A DNA stretch of 60,701 bases, counting the filler, from Sphacelaria rigidula (Eukaryota): the NCBI GenBank assembly GCA_964200075.2. It is 9 parts of 9 records of this genome, joined end to end, with 100 filler letters (N's around TTAATTAATTAA, not from the genome) between each part and the next. Parts side by side here need not be neighbours in the genome. Positions count along the whole stretch, not along the records: positions 54,047 to 60,701 come from CAXNAA020018803.1; 8 more parts are not named here. One strand, written 5' to 3'. How positions within the stretch are numbered: position 1 is the stretch's first letter; each line of letters starts with the position of its first letter. A model generated the notes under the pieces. The model saw nothing but the letters and a program-made list of their open reading frames with translations, made no database searches and was not told the DNA's origin. Positions 60,550 to 60,701 of this stretch are shown here, in pieces. A program made the position numbers and the translations under genes.

Positions 60550-60701
60550 GGGCGGGCACTCGTGATTTTGCATGCCGTGGTCACAAGACGCTTGACCTCG
60601 CACCCCTACAAAGCCGGGAAGGAGCGCGCCGGGTTGTCGCCCCACGAAGGGGGGGGGGAGAGGGGGGAGGGGGGGGGCGGGGGTACTCATTATTTTGCGT
60701 G
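60550..60701 (+). mobile_element. Repeat family R1 heads (partial, tandem)
   Basis: ttgacctcgcacccctacaaagccgggaaggagcgcgccgggtt, then a poly-G run and a new GGGGTACTCAT head. Confidence 0.75.

Overview
This is eukaryotic, repeat-rich DNA, most likely from a brown alga (Phaeophyceae). That assignment is inferred from the short GT-AG exons in multi-kb introns and the repeat content. The window is not contiguous: it is nine ~6,655-6,656 bp contigs joined by artificial ~100 bp N-TTAATTAATTAA-N spacers, so no linkage can be inferred across spacers. Recognisable host-gene fragments are an exon encoding an MLKL/HeLo-like helical-bundle N-terminal domain, a terminal exon ending in a CVIM prenylation box, and four exons of 6-phosphofructo-2-kinase/fructose-2,6-bisphosphatase. 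There are also two exons of an Asp/Asn beta-hydroxylase-family dioxygenase lying head-to-head with a signal-peptide NUMOD3 protein, two Tubby-domain exons, and two exons of an unknown protein. Mobile DNA includes a decayed chromodomain-bearing Ty3/Gypsy element (interrupted by a 256-bp TIR element and an RTE-like LINE) and a Helitron fragment with a PIF1 helicase and C-terminal OTU domain. It also includes tRNA-derived SINEs, several fully palindromic (foldback) MITEs (Harbinger-like with TTA TSD, Stowaway-like with TA TSD), an abundant unclassified ~0.5 kb repeat flanked by poly-G tracts, and minisatellites. The best leads are the cell-death-like helical domain exon, the Helitron-OTU fusion, the poly-G-associated repeat and the intronic long hairpins. 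No rRNA, CRISPR array or clearly novel multi-gene system is supported.
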